DNA from: Amoebophrya sp. A120
Taxonomy: Eukaryota; Protista; Dinoflagellata
Direction of reading: 5' to 3'
Assembly (NCBI GenBank): GCA_905178155.1
Contig: CAJINV010000002.1
Span: 758,422 to 822,421, forward strand
DNA: 64,000 bases
The notes under the pieces are model-generated. The model searched no databases. It was given only the letters and a program-made list of their open reading frames with translations, and had not been told where the DNA came from. This document shows, piece by piece, positions 1-12,000 of this stretch. Made by a program: the position numbers and the translations under genes. Numbering within the stretch: the stretch's first letter is position 1; each line of letters begins with the position of its first letter.

Positions 1-1041
1 GGCTGGCCGCGACGAGCTGTCGACCGGGTCGACCAGGAGTTCTTTTACGGTGCAACATCATGATCGGCATGTCTTTATTTGATAGATAAGAAACAAATTA
101 TAAAAAGAATTTGTTGTTCGTAAAAAACCGATTAAGCCGATAGCAGTATGTGACGGCGTAAAATCAAAATATGGTTTCGAAACACGATGACGACGCGCAA
201 GTAGAATATTGTTTTTCGTTTCGCAGGCAACAGAGAGTCTTTGCGTTTCGCAGACAGCAGAAGGAATTCTTCCTAAGTAACACTTGTTCCTAGTGGTCCT
301 CTGTATAAATATGGGTCGAAAAATGAAGCACTGCAATCATTGTTGGATCATCTTGTATTTCAAGAACTCCAAGGCTTTTATCAAAACCGTCGGGAAGAAA
401 ACAAGATCGCGAAGAGCACAAGCTTTCTTGCCAGGAACGGAAAATCCGGCACAACAACCTCTGCAGAAGAAACACAAATTTCCAATGAAATAAACAGACA
501 TTGGGAACACCAGCGGAATTTCATAAGTAATTTCCTCGCACGTACTACTTCTCGCGGTTGCTTCCGCATGACGGGCGGGAGAAAGACGATACATATATCA
601 AGTGGAAAGGCGAGATGGGTTGTAAAAAACCTGAAAGTGCTAGTATTCTGTCATGTCGGTCCATCGTCGGTCAAAAGCAGAAAATGGCAATAAACGCTGC
701 TCTTCTCATGAACAGGTTGGTCGTGTGTAGTACCTACTATTCGTGTACATTCCAATTAGTGTCATAAGTTAATTGTTGTCGCTTCAGTCATTAAGCTCGT
801 CGGCGTGACAGAGACAATAGTTCTACATCAGGTTTTGGGTGTCGTTAGAATTGATAGAAAGAAATTACCGCTATTGTAAAATTTGGTCCGTGAGTATATC
901 TTCGTCGCTGAATAAAGATGTTGTTTGATTGCGGCAAAATTTTTGTTTGCATTTTCGCAATTACGATTTTTCAGGGAGAGAAATGAATCGACGATCCGCC
1001 ATGGCCATCGCTATATCCTAGCACGCAGTCTAGCTTTACAA

Positions 1042-3682
1042 TTACATTTCCATAGCAAAGTCTTCCTCTTCGTCCTCTTCCATGTTTAAAAGCTCCTCCG
1101 CCTCATCGTCATAGTTTTCCGACTATCCACTGCAAAAGTATCGCACTCGTAGTAAAAGTAATTGCATCAACCACGCATGACAATTCTCCTTCTCGTAATA
1201 CCAAGGCAAATATGCACGACAAATTTAATCTGTAAAGCTGAGCAAATTTGTGATGCGATTTCTACTAGTACGATACTCGTGCAAAGTGGATACCGACTCC
1301 TCATATTCGTACTCCATCTCGACATCCTCCTCCAGAACCTGCATGAGAGATTTTATCATTCATATTTCCCTGTTTCGCTTCAGATGCATGAGTATGTGTT
1401 CGGCATCATGCATGAATGACAAAATCGGTGCCTTTTGTGAGCATTGGATGACAAACTTTCCGTACCTCCCCATCCTCCTCGTATTCGTCGTCGGCATCGA
1501 CATGCTCACCCAGCTTATCCACTGCAAATATCCCTGGACGATGTCTGTAAGAATGCGAGTCTCTCATGCTTGGCCGACAAGACAGAAAGATCTGCCATGC
1601 TTGATGCGCTACAGAAGTGGTGCCACTTGTTGTTGTTTGTCATGCAAAAAGGCCATTTGTCGTCATTTGTCATGCGGTTCACGCTAGACATAGCCGCTCC
1701 GAAACTTGTCATGCGCGGCCCCCTGATATTACAGGTTGCCGTGTGTCATTCGGACATTAATAGCATCACAACTTAACTTTCCAGACCCAGACACATATTT
1801 GCAATGCATACAGTTCCTCGTAGTACTGCTCGCCCCGTACATCGACATTCTCCTCCACCTGTTGCCTCTCGTCAAAACCAGACGAGCCCTCCGCAGCGAG
1901 AGCCTGATAATGTAAGTATTCGGTGATGTAGTTGTGTGGAGAATTTTTGGAAAAACAAAAATCTAATTTGCCCTTACCTCGTCTTCTACAAAGGTCGTGC
2001 ATGTTAATGACAAACGCATCCTATCTGTTGTAGAATGTTGCATCACGAATATCTGAAAATTATCTACTTGCAGAGCATCGGCGAAGTTGTTTCCATTGCC
2101 ATTCCCCATCGAAAAGTTGTCCGTGTTGAAGGTACTACCGGAAGAACGTGTGCTTGTAGAGGCGGTGGACGATGAGGTGTGGGGCTGTTTTTGTGTTGTA
2201 GAAATCAAATCCCAGACACAAGTCTGCTTATCGGTCCAATCGAGCATCAAGCTATTTTTCTTTTCGTCATGCACAATAGCCACAGCCACGGGGTATCTTT
2301 TTGTCATGCAAAAACACAACAAAAAAATCAAATACCACATGGTCCAGCATTCCCTCTTTTGAGCGGAACACCTGGCTCGGGAAAATCACGCCTTCGTCCA
2401 ACCACTTTTGCAAGCACGGGCGGCAGTGCAAGTCCTTGAAAATGACCTCCGAGCAGTAGCGGGCCTGCAACACATCCTCGTCGTCGGATTCCTCTTCGGA
2501 GGACATTTTTTCCTCGTCTTCCGCAGACAGTTCGCCGTCGGTGTCGTTTTCGGAACGGTTGTCGCCATTGTTCTGTTGGTCGTCGTTTGCATGATCCGCA
2601 TTTTGTTGTACCTGTTGCTGATGTGCAGCAGCAGGAGCAACAGCAACGCCCTGGAGGTTATCATTTTGTGCTCCCCCATTGTTGTTTCTTCTTCTTCTTC
2701 TTCTTCTTTCCATTCCCTCGTCCATCACCCGCACAACCCGCACCAGCGTGGGTCGCCTATGCATTGCAAAAGTATCGTACTAGTATAAATTGCATTGCAA
2801 ATTTTTCCAGAAGGAAAAAGGAAATTTGTAATGCTGATCCACCTAAAAAGGGAGATTTGTGACGCATGACTGCAATTACTACGAGTGCGATACTTTTGCA
2901 CAGGATATCGACCGTGCTCCAGCAAGCCGAATTGTTTCAGACATCTCTTCCGCCAGTCTGGGAGGGTATACGTTGCAACAGTATCGTTATCGTATTCGTT
3001 TTCGTACAAGTAGAAACCGCATGACAAACTTTATTTCCAGCATGAGAAATAGAATTTGTAATGCGGATTTACATTGAGAAAGAATTCTGTAATGCATGAC
3101 TGCGATAGTACAACTTTTGCAATGCATAACGGTTCAGCTTCAGCAAAACGTCGTACTCCTCGACCTCGTCCAACCGTCCCTGCTATGGATTGCAAAAGTA
3201 TCGCGCTCGTTTTTTTAGTGATTGCAGTCATGCATGACAAATGTTTTTCGTATTAGGTAAATCCGCATTGCAAATTCCATTTTTCATGCTGAGGAAATTT
3301 GTAATGCAATTACACTAAAGCTAGTACGATACTTTTGCAAAATCCATACCTGTCTCCGGTTCCTCCCCGAACAAATCGTCACTGTGCATCGCGTTTTTAT
3401 TCGGTTGAGTCGCCTTTGCTCCTCTTCCTGTCTCTTTTGTCGTGCTTCTGCTTCCCGCTCTTGCCGGACCATGTCCGAACAACCGTGCCGCTGCTCTTCC
3501 GGGGACAGTTTCAGCCAATCCTCGTGAAAACGCCCGCCTCCCTTCAAGTGCAAATTCCTCCTTTTCTCCTCCATCCGCAGGCGTCGCTGGTAGGCACGCT
3601 CGTCCTCGGACTGATCACAGTCGGAGGTGTCAGAGACCGCCGTGCCGCGTGGCGCATCCCTAGTACGTGGAGAAGACGACAT
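1042..3682 (-). CDS. Multi-exon hypothetical acidic/low-complexity protein (5 introners + 3 GT-AG introns)
   Basis: The frame is continuous from ATG 3682 to TAA 1042 after removing introners 3184-3348, 2967-3128, 2758-2907, 1516-1810, 1124-1292 and GT-AG introns 2224-2335, 1904-1977, 1339-1465. No recognisable domain. Confidence 0.7.
1124..1292. mobile_element. Introner family A
   Basis: TATCCAC...GTGGATA, TSD ccgac/ccgac. Confidence 0.9.
1516..1810. mobile_element. Introner family B (degenerate)
   Basis: TAT...TTCCAGACCCAGACA...ATA, TSD cagct/cagtt. Confidence 0.8.
2758..2907. mobile_element. Introner family A
   Basis: TIR TGCAAAAGTATCG, TSD tcgcc/tcgac. Confidence 0.9.
2967..3128. mobile_element. 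Introner family A (degenerate TSD)
   Basis: TIR present, flanks gaggg/acggt, frame restored. Confidence 0.75.
3184..3348. mobile_element. Introner family A
   Basis: TIR, TSD cctgc/cctgt. Confidence 0.9.
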
Positions 3683-4379
3683 GATCTCGTTATGAGTAAG
3701 ATGATCTACGGCCGTTTATTTAACGGTATTGGAACGGTTTAGGTAGCAAGCGCGCGCCTTGAAGAAGAGACAAAATCGTATTCCGTCAAAAAGCGATGAT
3801 GTGGTTGCGATTGCATTTATTGCACGATGAGTGACGTCGTGCACGAGTTGTTCTTGTTTCCGATTTATGAACGCACCATAACCTTCAGACGTATTACAAC
3901 AACTTCCGGATGATCAAAGGAGCGACCACAACCCAATGATCGCCGGAAAATGTTTCATTTTTCAAACACAGTGACTTCGATTGTGATTTTTGTCGCAGCC
4001 ACGCAGCATAAAACTACTAACATCACCATGCAACGAACCATAAAGGACGATGGTATGAATGATCGTTCAGATTTCTTAAATCAGGAGCTTGGGCTTGTGA
4101 TCCATGAAGGACGGAGGGCGTCGCAACTATCATGAAGACGAAAAAGCATGGTCTTCGAAGCAAAGGATCACGTCGGGCAGGAACACAAAAAACGTAAAGA
4201 CCCTGGGAGCCACTTGGATGAATAGGGCCAACGTAGTAGAAGTGGCTTGGCCGCCGCATCTTCCCCGGCCGAGTGAAATCTCATATAGCAAGGCGCATGC
4301 CACTAGAGGCAGAGGTCGGGAACAACCCGGAAGCAAAACAGTAAGTGGCACCCCGTTGGCAAGCGTGATGCCCATTCGG

Positions 4380-5760
4380 GAAATTAATCAGTCACATTGG
4401 CCGGGCGGCCGTTTGTGCGCCCACCACAGAAAACACCAGCGCCCGGACGGTGCACGCACGTCGTCGCGTGATTGCGTGTCCGAGAGGCTGCGAAGCTGGT
4501 GCGGGCGGGCGGCGAAGCAGGCCCGGCGCCGGGCCACCAAAACTGCCGCGGTGCCTGTTCCCCTAAATCTCGACCCAAATTGCGGGCGGGCCCTGCCCAC
4601 AAACAACACGCACGGGCGGGCGCACCATGGGGATGGCGCGCGACAAGGGGGGGGGGCGGGGGGGCGCGCGGAAGGGCGCCGGGGCGACATGCCGCCGCGA
4701 TGGCCGCGCACGATCGCGCGCCACCACATGGGCGCGCGCCAATAGATCGCCGCAAAGGGCAACAAGACGGCGCGTCGACCATTGGATGTCGCCGCGGGCG
4801 GTCTGTGCGTCCTCCATTGGCGCCCCGGGCTGCCGATTTGTGTAACGCCGTCTGGTTGCCCCACCTTCAGGACACCGGGCAGCCTGAGGGTGCGCGAGAG
4901 CTGCGCCCCCCCGGCTGGTGCCTCCGGGGCCCAGGCGCGCCCCTTGGGCTTACAATGTGAACACGAATGCGATAATCTGGGCAAGCGAGCACAGCCGCCC
5001 AGGCCGGGACCAGGGCCTACGCCCCCAAGTCGCACACCCCGAGGGCTGGTGACAGACGAGGCGCGGCACCGAGTACGTAGGTACACGAGGCGCGGGCGGC
5101 CGTCAACAAGCCCATCCCGAAAACGCCAGCCCGCCGGCCCGCCCCTTTCGGCTGGCCAGCTAGCCTGCGGGCTGTCCGGCCGGGGCATCTAGGGGCCCGG
5201 CCCCACAAACATCACCCGGCCGGGGCGGCACTTGTCGCGCTCGAGCTCCTTGGTCTGCCCCAGTTTGATGGTCATGATTTCGCGCAACAGCTCCACTTGT
5301 CTCTTCGTTGGGGGGCGGTAGGTCTGCGAAAAGCGCCGCCCGATCTTCTCCGCGGACCAACGCCCCCGGGCTAGTCGGCCGAAGCTGCGCCCCAGCCCCC
5401 TTCTGGCACCGGTAGGCGGCCGAACATTCGGCCGCCGCACTTGGCGCCTCTCGGTAAATGGCCGCCAGCTTTCCCACCGCTATCGAAACGAAAGGGGCGC
5501 GCGTCGCATTCGCCAACCAGGGCAAGGGCAAAGGCAAGGGCAAGCCTTGAAGCCAACACAACCCCGCAAACACACAGCCGACGCCCCCCCTGCCCAGCCC
5601 CAAGCCTTGCAACTTTCTGCCCCGCGGAGCGTGGCGATTCGGGCTTTTCGCGACCGCCGCGGCAAACGACTCGGCCGCCAAACACGTGACGAACCGCTCC
5701 GCCCGGCTAAAGAATAAAGCGATCGACTTCACGGCAAAGCGAAGACCTGCTCTTCCCAGA
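4380..5760. other. Intergenic GC-rich island
   Basis: Abrupt GC/CpG-rich tract with G and C runs and no introners; boundaries approximate. Confidence 0.7.
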
Positions 5761-6004
5761 GTTTATTGGCAAGGAACACAAACCGCGGCCAAACGGGCAA
5801 CCACAGCGGTTGGTTAGGTTGTAAGTTCTACTTCTTTCTTAGTTCAGCTTCAGGTTCAGCACAGCCTTCATTTGTTGTGTGAGTCCTTCATTCGATGTCG
5901 ATCTGAATGTACTTCAGAAACAAACAGGTGCTGCGTCAATCTATGTTCATTCTTCTTTTTGTCAAACTGTCCGCTTAGCATCGGATCGTCCGCGACTTCT
6001 ACTT

Positions 6005-9000
6005 CTAAAGACTCGCCTTAAACCTGCTTCTTTTCGCAAATTCATTTTCGTGCTCCACAACCCTCTTCTCGACCTTCCACTGCACTTTGCAGCACCGTTC
6101 CTTCACGTCGTTCAACAGACTCTGAATGGTCCGGTGCTTCCGGATTTCCAGCTTTTTGATGGCCGCATGCCGTAAAGCAATGGGATTATGCATTGCAAAT
6201 ATGTCGGGGTGGTCTGGAAGGATGCAAATTGTGATGCTACCTCTGGACTCTACATAAAATCTGTATTGCATGAACAGGAAAATAAGAGGTCCAAGAATTT
6301 TTGCTACAAGGAGAGGGCATTTCTCATGCGGTATGGGCATCCGAAAGCCCTCGCAAAATCTGTGATGCTAGGGCATGCATCACAGACATCACGGGTGGTC
6401 ATGCAAAACGTGCATGGCAAACGTCGCACTTTTCCAGACCCAGAAATATTTGCATGTGATAGGGGTGCACCCCGGACAAAAACGCGTACACCGGCGAGTA
6501 GCCTATCGCAAGAAAAAACTGCTTCACTGTGAACTTGTGATGCAGAGAATGGAGCACCGAACGATTTGTCTTGCTACACCTGCAAGACGTTGGATTTTTT
6601 AGCGTGTTTTCACTTGAGAAGTGAGCATGGCAAATTTTCTGTGTCATGTGTGACAAACTTGTGATGCAGATCTTGCAAGATCATCACAGTGAAACAGTTT
6701 TTTCGCGGGATATAGCCGTACTTCCGCTCAATCTCCGCGTGTCGCAAATCGTTAGGTGTGACGGGGCCGATCCCCCCGTGGACTATCGGCAGTCGGACTT
6801 GGAGCTCGTCTTCCAACTTCGTTAATTCTTGTTGCACCGCATCGAATAATATGAACTGCAAAAGTATCGTACTAGTAGTGCTTGCAATACAAGTTCGCTC
6901 AGCACGACAAATGAAATTTGTCATGCTGATTTGCCTTGGAAACGAAATCTGTAATGCATGACTGCAATTACTACGAGTACGATACTTTTGCACAGGATAA
7001 ATAAGCCGATATTTTTCGTGCGCAGCATGATGGAAACCACAGGCCGGGGCCGGAGAGTCTGCTCGTGGTTGGAGATGATGTCATGATCTACTACATCTGG
7101 CTCGTAGAAGGCTGTGGGGGATGACGAGGTTTGTTTGTCAATACTAGCTTGGGTAGTTCTTAGGTACTGCTGGTCCTCGTGCTCTGTAAGTGCATCCACC
7201 CCGGCACGACCGGAATCACGTAGCCTAATATCGCTGTCCTTGAGCAGAGGATGTTGGTGTTCGGGTTCAGAAGATGAGGCAGCTCTTCTAGCGGAGGTAG
7301 CGGAGGTACTACCCCTTGCCGACCGACGGCCACGGCCGCCTGCTTCCTGAGGTGCATCGCCGCGAGGGTGGTCCTCGGATTCTGCAGTAACAGTGCCGTC
7401 AGTGTCATCAAGTCGTCCGGCGGGAAGATGAGCAGTGGCCTCTATGCTTGCTTCAGTTGTAGTACTAGATGCAAAACCTCCAGTACCTGCTGCGGTGGAG
7501 CACGACTGGTCGCTGGTGCTACTACTGCTTGTTGTTGTTCTCCTTCTATCATCCGTGTTGTAAGTTTCCCACTCGTAGAGCCCGCGCTCTGCAAACTCCC
7601 TCTGCCGCAGGTCCTTCTCCTTCCGTTTCTTTTCAAACCAGTCCGGATCCGTATCCTCCGGCAGGTCAAAAATCTTCCTCGTTATGGCCCGCGCCGCGAG
7701 TCTTCTATGCAATGCAAAAGCCTCGTACTCGCAGTATCGCAACACAAATTAGCTCAGCTGCATGACAAATGGAATTTCTCATGCTGATTTAGCTTGTGAA
7801 AGAAATTTGTATTGCATGACTGCGATTAGAAATAAACGAGTACGATACTTTTGCAATGCATATCTTTCCTCTTCGTGTAATTTCCGTTGGCTTTCCATCG
7901 CGTCGTACTTTTGTTTGTCTTTTCTGTACTATGAGAGTCCACAATTCCCCCTTTCCCTCATTTGTGATGCGCAATCCCAAATCCAGCTGTTGCCTTGTAG
8001 CGCTGTTTGCACGACAAACTCTGGAAGCTGCCCAAAAAGCACTACAGTCCGTGCATTAACTTGTCATGCACATCATACACACGTGCTGGCGTTTCTATTG
8101 CTGGTCATGCCATACAAAGGAGGGGGAGGCGGAGTTGTGCACTTTCATATGTACCAAGCGGACTTTTTCGTGCTGGTGTCGAGGAGAGCTTCCGTGGCGA
8201 AATCGGCAGTAGAGCTTGTCATGCTAGACGCGGATGAGGACGGAGCTTGTGATGCAGAAGACACATGCATTCTTTCGTCTGCAACTTTCATCTTGTCCAC
8301 GTAGTACAGGTGCCCGGTTTCGCTTCTACATGATGAAGAATTTCGCAATTCCTCCTCCGCCCGTGCCTTCGCTTTTTCCTCCTCGAGCTTCTGCCTAGAA
8401 ACCGCTGCGGCGCGCTTACTCTTTCGGCCGCCAGAAGCTTGTGTTGCAGCTTCAGCTTCGGCTTGGATCATTTGTTGAGAAGATGCTGTCGTTGTATCGC
8501 CAGAGGAGCTGCTTCGAGGTGCTTGTTCCGGCTCAATCAAAATGTTCCAAGAGGGCTTAGTGGTGTTACAACTTGTGCTTTGGTTCTGATCTCCTTTCCC
8601 CTTCACAAACACCGGCCTTTTCGCGCTGTTTCCGCCAAACTCTTCGATTTTCCCAAACTGTCGGTCTTCTTTCACTAGTTCATTTTCGCCATCCTGCATT
8701 GCATCCTCATCGTCACTGTCAAGGTCTTCTAGGATTTTCAAATCCTCTTCCTCCTCATCTTCGTCGGCTGTTGACGCAAGAGCATTATCTCCATAATTTT
8801 TCCTCTTTCTATCCCTGGTCGTTGTGTCCCCGCCCAACATTTTCAGGCTCGCCCCAGGCGACACCAAATTTTCATTTTTGGACCGAAAAAAATCGGCCTC
8901 TACCCTGTTCTATGAATTGCAAAAGCATAGCACTTCTAGCATGAATTGCATTACAGATTTCCTCAGCTTGAGAAATGGAATTTGTAATGCTGAGTGATTG

Positions 9001-12000
9001 ACCTTAGGAAAAAGATTTGCAATGCATTATAACTGCAATTACTACGAATGCGATACTTGTGCATTTCATATGTTCCCCAAATTCACCGGGTCAAAATTCC
9101 ACGCGACGTTGATCGTGGGGCCGGAAACTTCATCCACTGCAAAAGCATCGCACTCGTATTGCAATCATGCATTACAAATCTTTTCCTTAAGGTACATCCG
9201 CATTACAAATTTTATTTCTCATGCTGAGGAAATTTGTAAATGCATTTATACGAGTACGATACTTTTGCAATCCATAAACTTGGCACTTCGTCAACTCTTC
9301 AATCCGGTACCGGTGTTGGTGTAAGCGGAAGCACCTAGATCTTTCAAACACCATTAACAAATCCCCGTTGCTCATATCCCCTTTGACGTAACTGTTTTTC
9401 TTCACGCCGGAGAGCCGGACCGCGGCACCCGGCCCCGCGATTTCCACGGTCGGGGGACGGAGCAAGCGCGTGTAGGGGGACGAGCGGCGTTCTAAGTTCG
9501 GAGTTTTACCGCTCAACTCGTGTTGCAAACCCTGTTGAAACCTCAGAACGTCATCTCCCTCGTACATCTCCGCGATTTTTCCGAAACTTGACCCCGCGAC
9601 GAAATGCAATCCTTTTTTCAGCTGTCCGTATTTGACAATCACGGTGATTAACGTCCCCCGGTCCGCGGTCTTTTCCACCTCGAGAATTTGGGCCAGGCAC
9701 TGTGGCTGCGAAGTGACGTTGACAAGAAAGTCGGTTCTTCTGGTATAAGCAGCGAGGCGGTCGGCGGCAGTAGAGGAATATGATGTGGTTGAAGTGCGAT
9801 GATCTGGATGTTGGCCGTTAAATGGTCTGCTACTCGTCTTTCTACTCTTCAGCGGATCGTCGTGCTTGGATGTAGTGGAGTCCTTCGTTCCTTTTTGACA
9901 ATCCTGCGTATGAGCGGCCTTTTCATTATTTCCATCCTCGGTTATCGCAGTCGACTCGGGGAGTTTTGCGGCGAGAAAATCTAGTTTGTGGCTTTTGTCA
10001 ACATTCGAGGCTGCCGTATTTTTCCCCCCACCGTAGATTTCCCCACACATCCTGTGCACTTCGTCTATCACCGTTTTTACCGAATTCAAATTGTTTGCGC
10101 TTCCCATCAAACAGCACATTGGCAGTGCTTTTTCCGCACAAGGGGCCCAGTTGTAGGTGAGAGTACCCTCGTCGAAGAGGTCTTTGCAATGCTGTCCTAG
10201 TAGTTGCTTCGCTTTTTCTAATGCAGGACTGCTAGAAGTGGAAGTGGATGCGGGACCAGAAGTAGTACCAGCCACACGATGAAAATTTTGATCTGCTACT
10301 ATCAGGTCCACTTTGTTGATGACAAACAGCACCGGCGTTTTCCACTTTTCCACGTGTAGGAGTAGCTCCGTCGTTTTCTCTTGCAGGGAGTCTCCACCAG
10401 TTTGGGCACTTGATTTGTCATGCGTTCTCTGCATGACAACTTCCTCCTCCATCTTCAACAGCTTCTCCGCCGAAAATACCACTACTGCCAGATCCGCAAC
10501 AGAAGTGGTCCGTCCGCGCATGAGTTCGAACAATTCGTGCCCCGGCGTGTCAATCCAGGTAATCGGCCTCGTGTCCAATGGTTTGTACAGTTGCAGCGGG
10601 TAGGAATTCGTCTTCAAATTTTTGCTGTTTCCGAATTCGTCTTGCGAAGACACCGCGGGTTGGATGTTTTTCTGCTCCAGCAAATCCGTTTCTTTTTGAA
10701 GGAGAAGCTTCTCCTGCGACAAAGCGTTTTTATTTGCTTTTTCTTCAAGAAGCGCAGCGGAATCTCGTGGGGAGGATACGAACGGGGGCGACGACGACGG
10801 CGGCGGCCTTTTCGAAGTACCTCTTGACTTTCGCCCACCGCCTGAACAAGATGTGGCAATTGAAGTGACGCCCTCGGAGTGATTAACGTTCTCCGAAGGT
10901 GGAACACCAGCCAATTCGGTTTTTGAAAAAGCACCAGCGTCTTCGCTTGTCGTTGTACCTGCCGCGGTATTGAAAATTGAGTTCATGCGCTCTGACATCG
11001 ATTTCTCTTCTTCAAAACCCGTAGTTCCGCTTTCGTCGGAGGCTAGTGGCGCAGTGTCTTCCATCAGCTCTGCCACTGCCACACGACGATCATCTCCTTC
11101 TATTCCCGCTTCATTTGGAGCAGTTGAACGTGGCTTGTTGTCAACACGGCCCTCGCGCAGGCTCGAATATTCCCGCTTAGCTGCAATAGAGTGCGTTGTA
11201 CGTCGTCCCTCATGAGGAGCATCGGCGTCAAATGTACCCATTTCCGCGTCGCCTTCTTGACCTTCTGCTAGACCAGCGGGGGCACTAGAAGTAACACAAC
11301 CCCCTCCTGCCTCCTTCACGTAATACGCCCCCTCATCCTCTTCTTCCCATATGGAGCGAGTTCTCTCCCCCTACCCCGGAATTTCATCGTTTTTTCAACT
11401 ATTGAGCAGGTTTGATTTTTTGTTTTTCGGCACCTGCTCACACATGCCGACGTCGGTTCCCGAGCATCAGACTCTGTACACTAGCTGCGGAAAAAGTGGA
11501 CCATGAAGTAGTACCCTGCGCGCACTAGCTAATTAATTCGATCGAACCATGTGAGATAGCTAGAAAGTTGCAAACTATCAAGCGTGAGCCATCCGAATTT
11601 CGCGCAGCGCACATATATATATAAGTATTGCCATTAGTAATATTACATACATTATCTGGGTCCAAAGGCTCGGCAAACTTCTGACGCCCCGGCTCCGAGT
11701 ATTCTGGTGGGCCGGCTCTAGTGGAATGAAAAATCATGAGCCGGCCCACAATTTGCAAAAATCAACAAAAGCTGCGCACTTTGGCGCAATGGGCCTGATT
11801 TGAAAAAAATCGCAGTCCGCTGCATGTTCGGACCACTACCCCGAGGATTTTCCCGGATTTTTCGCAGCACAAAAACGACAAAAAAATAAAGCGAATGATC
11901 GTTATGGTTTTTGGTTTGGGTCGATTTGGGTTCTCCGTCGGGGGTTCAATACGAACATGCATGGCATGCGCAGAAACCGGCTCGACCAAACTATCTGCTG

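Noticed and set aside
1-1000. Short ORFs at the window start, including a possible minus-strand start near 70
   Set aside because: No motifs and too little sequence to support a call.
4104-5732. Long overlapping ORFs in the first GC island as genes or a transposase
   Set aside because: They are R/P/G/A-rich ORFs in all frames, as expected from stop-codon scarcity, with no DDE, RT or recombinase motif seen.
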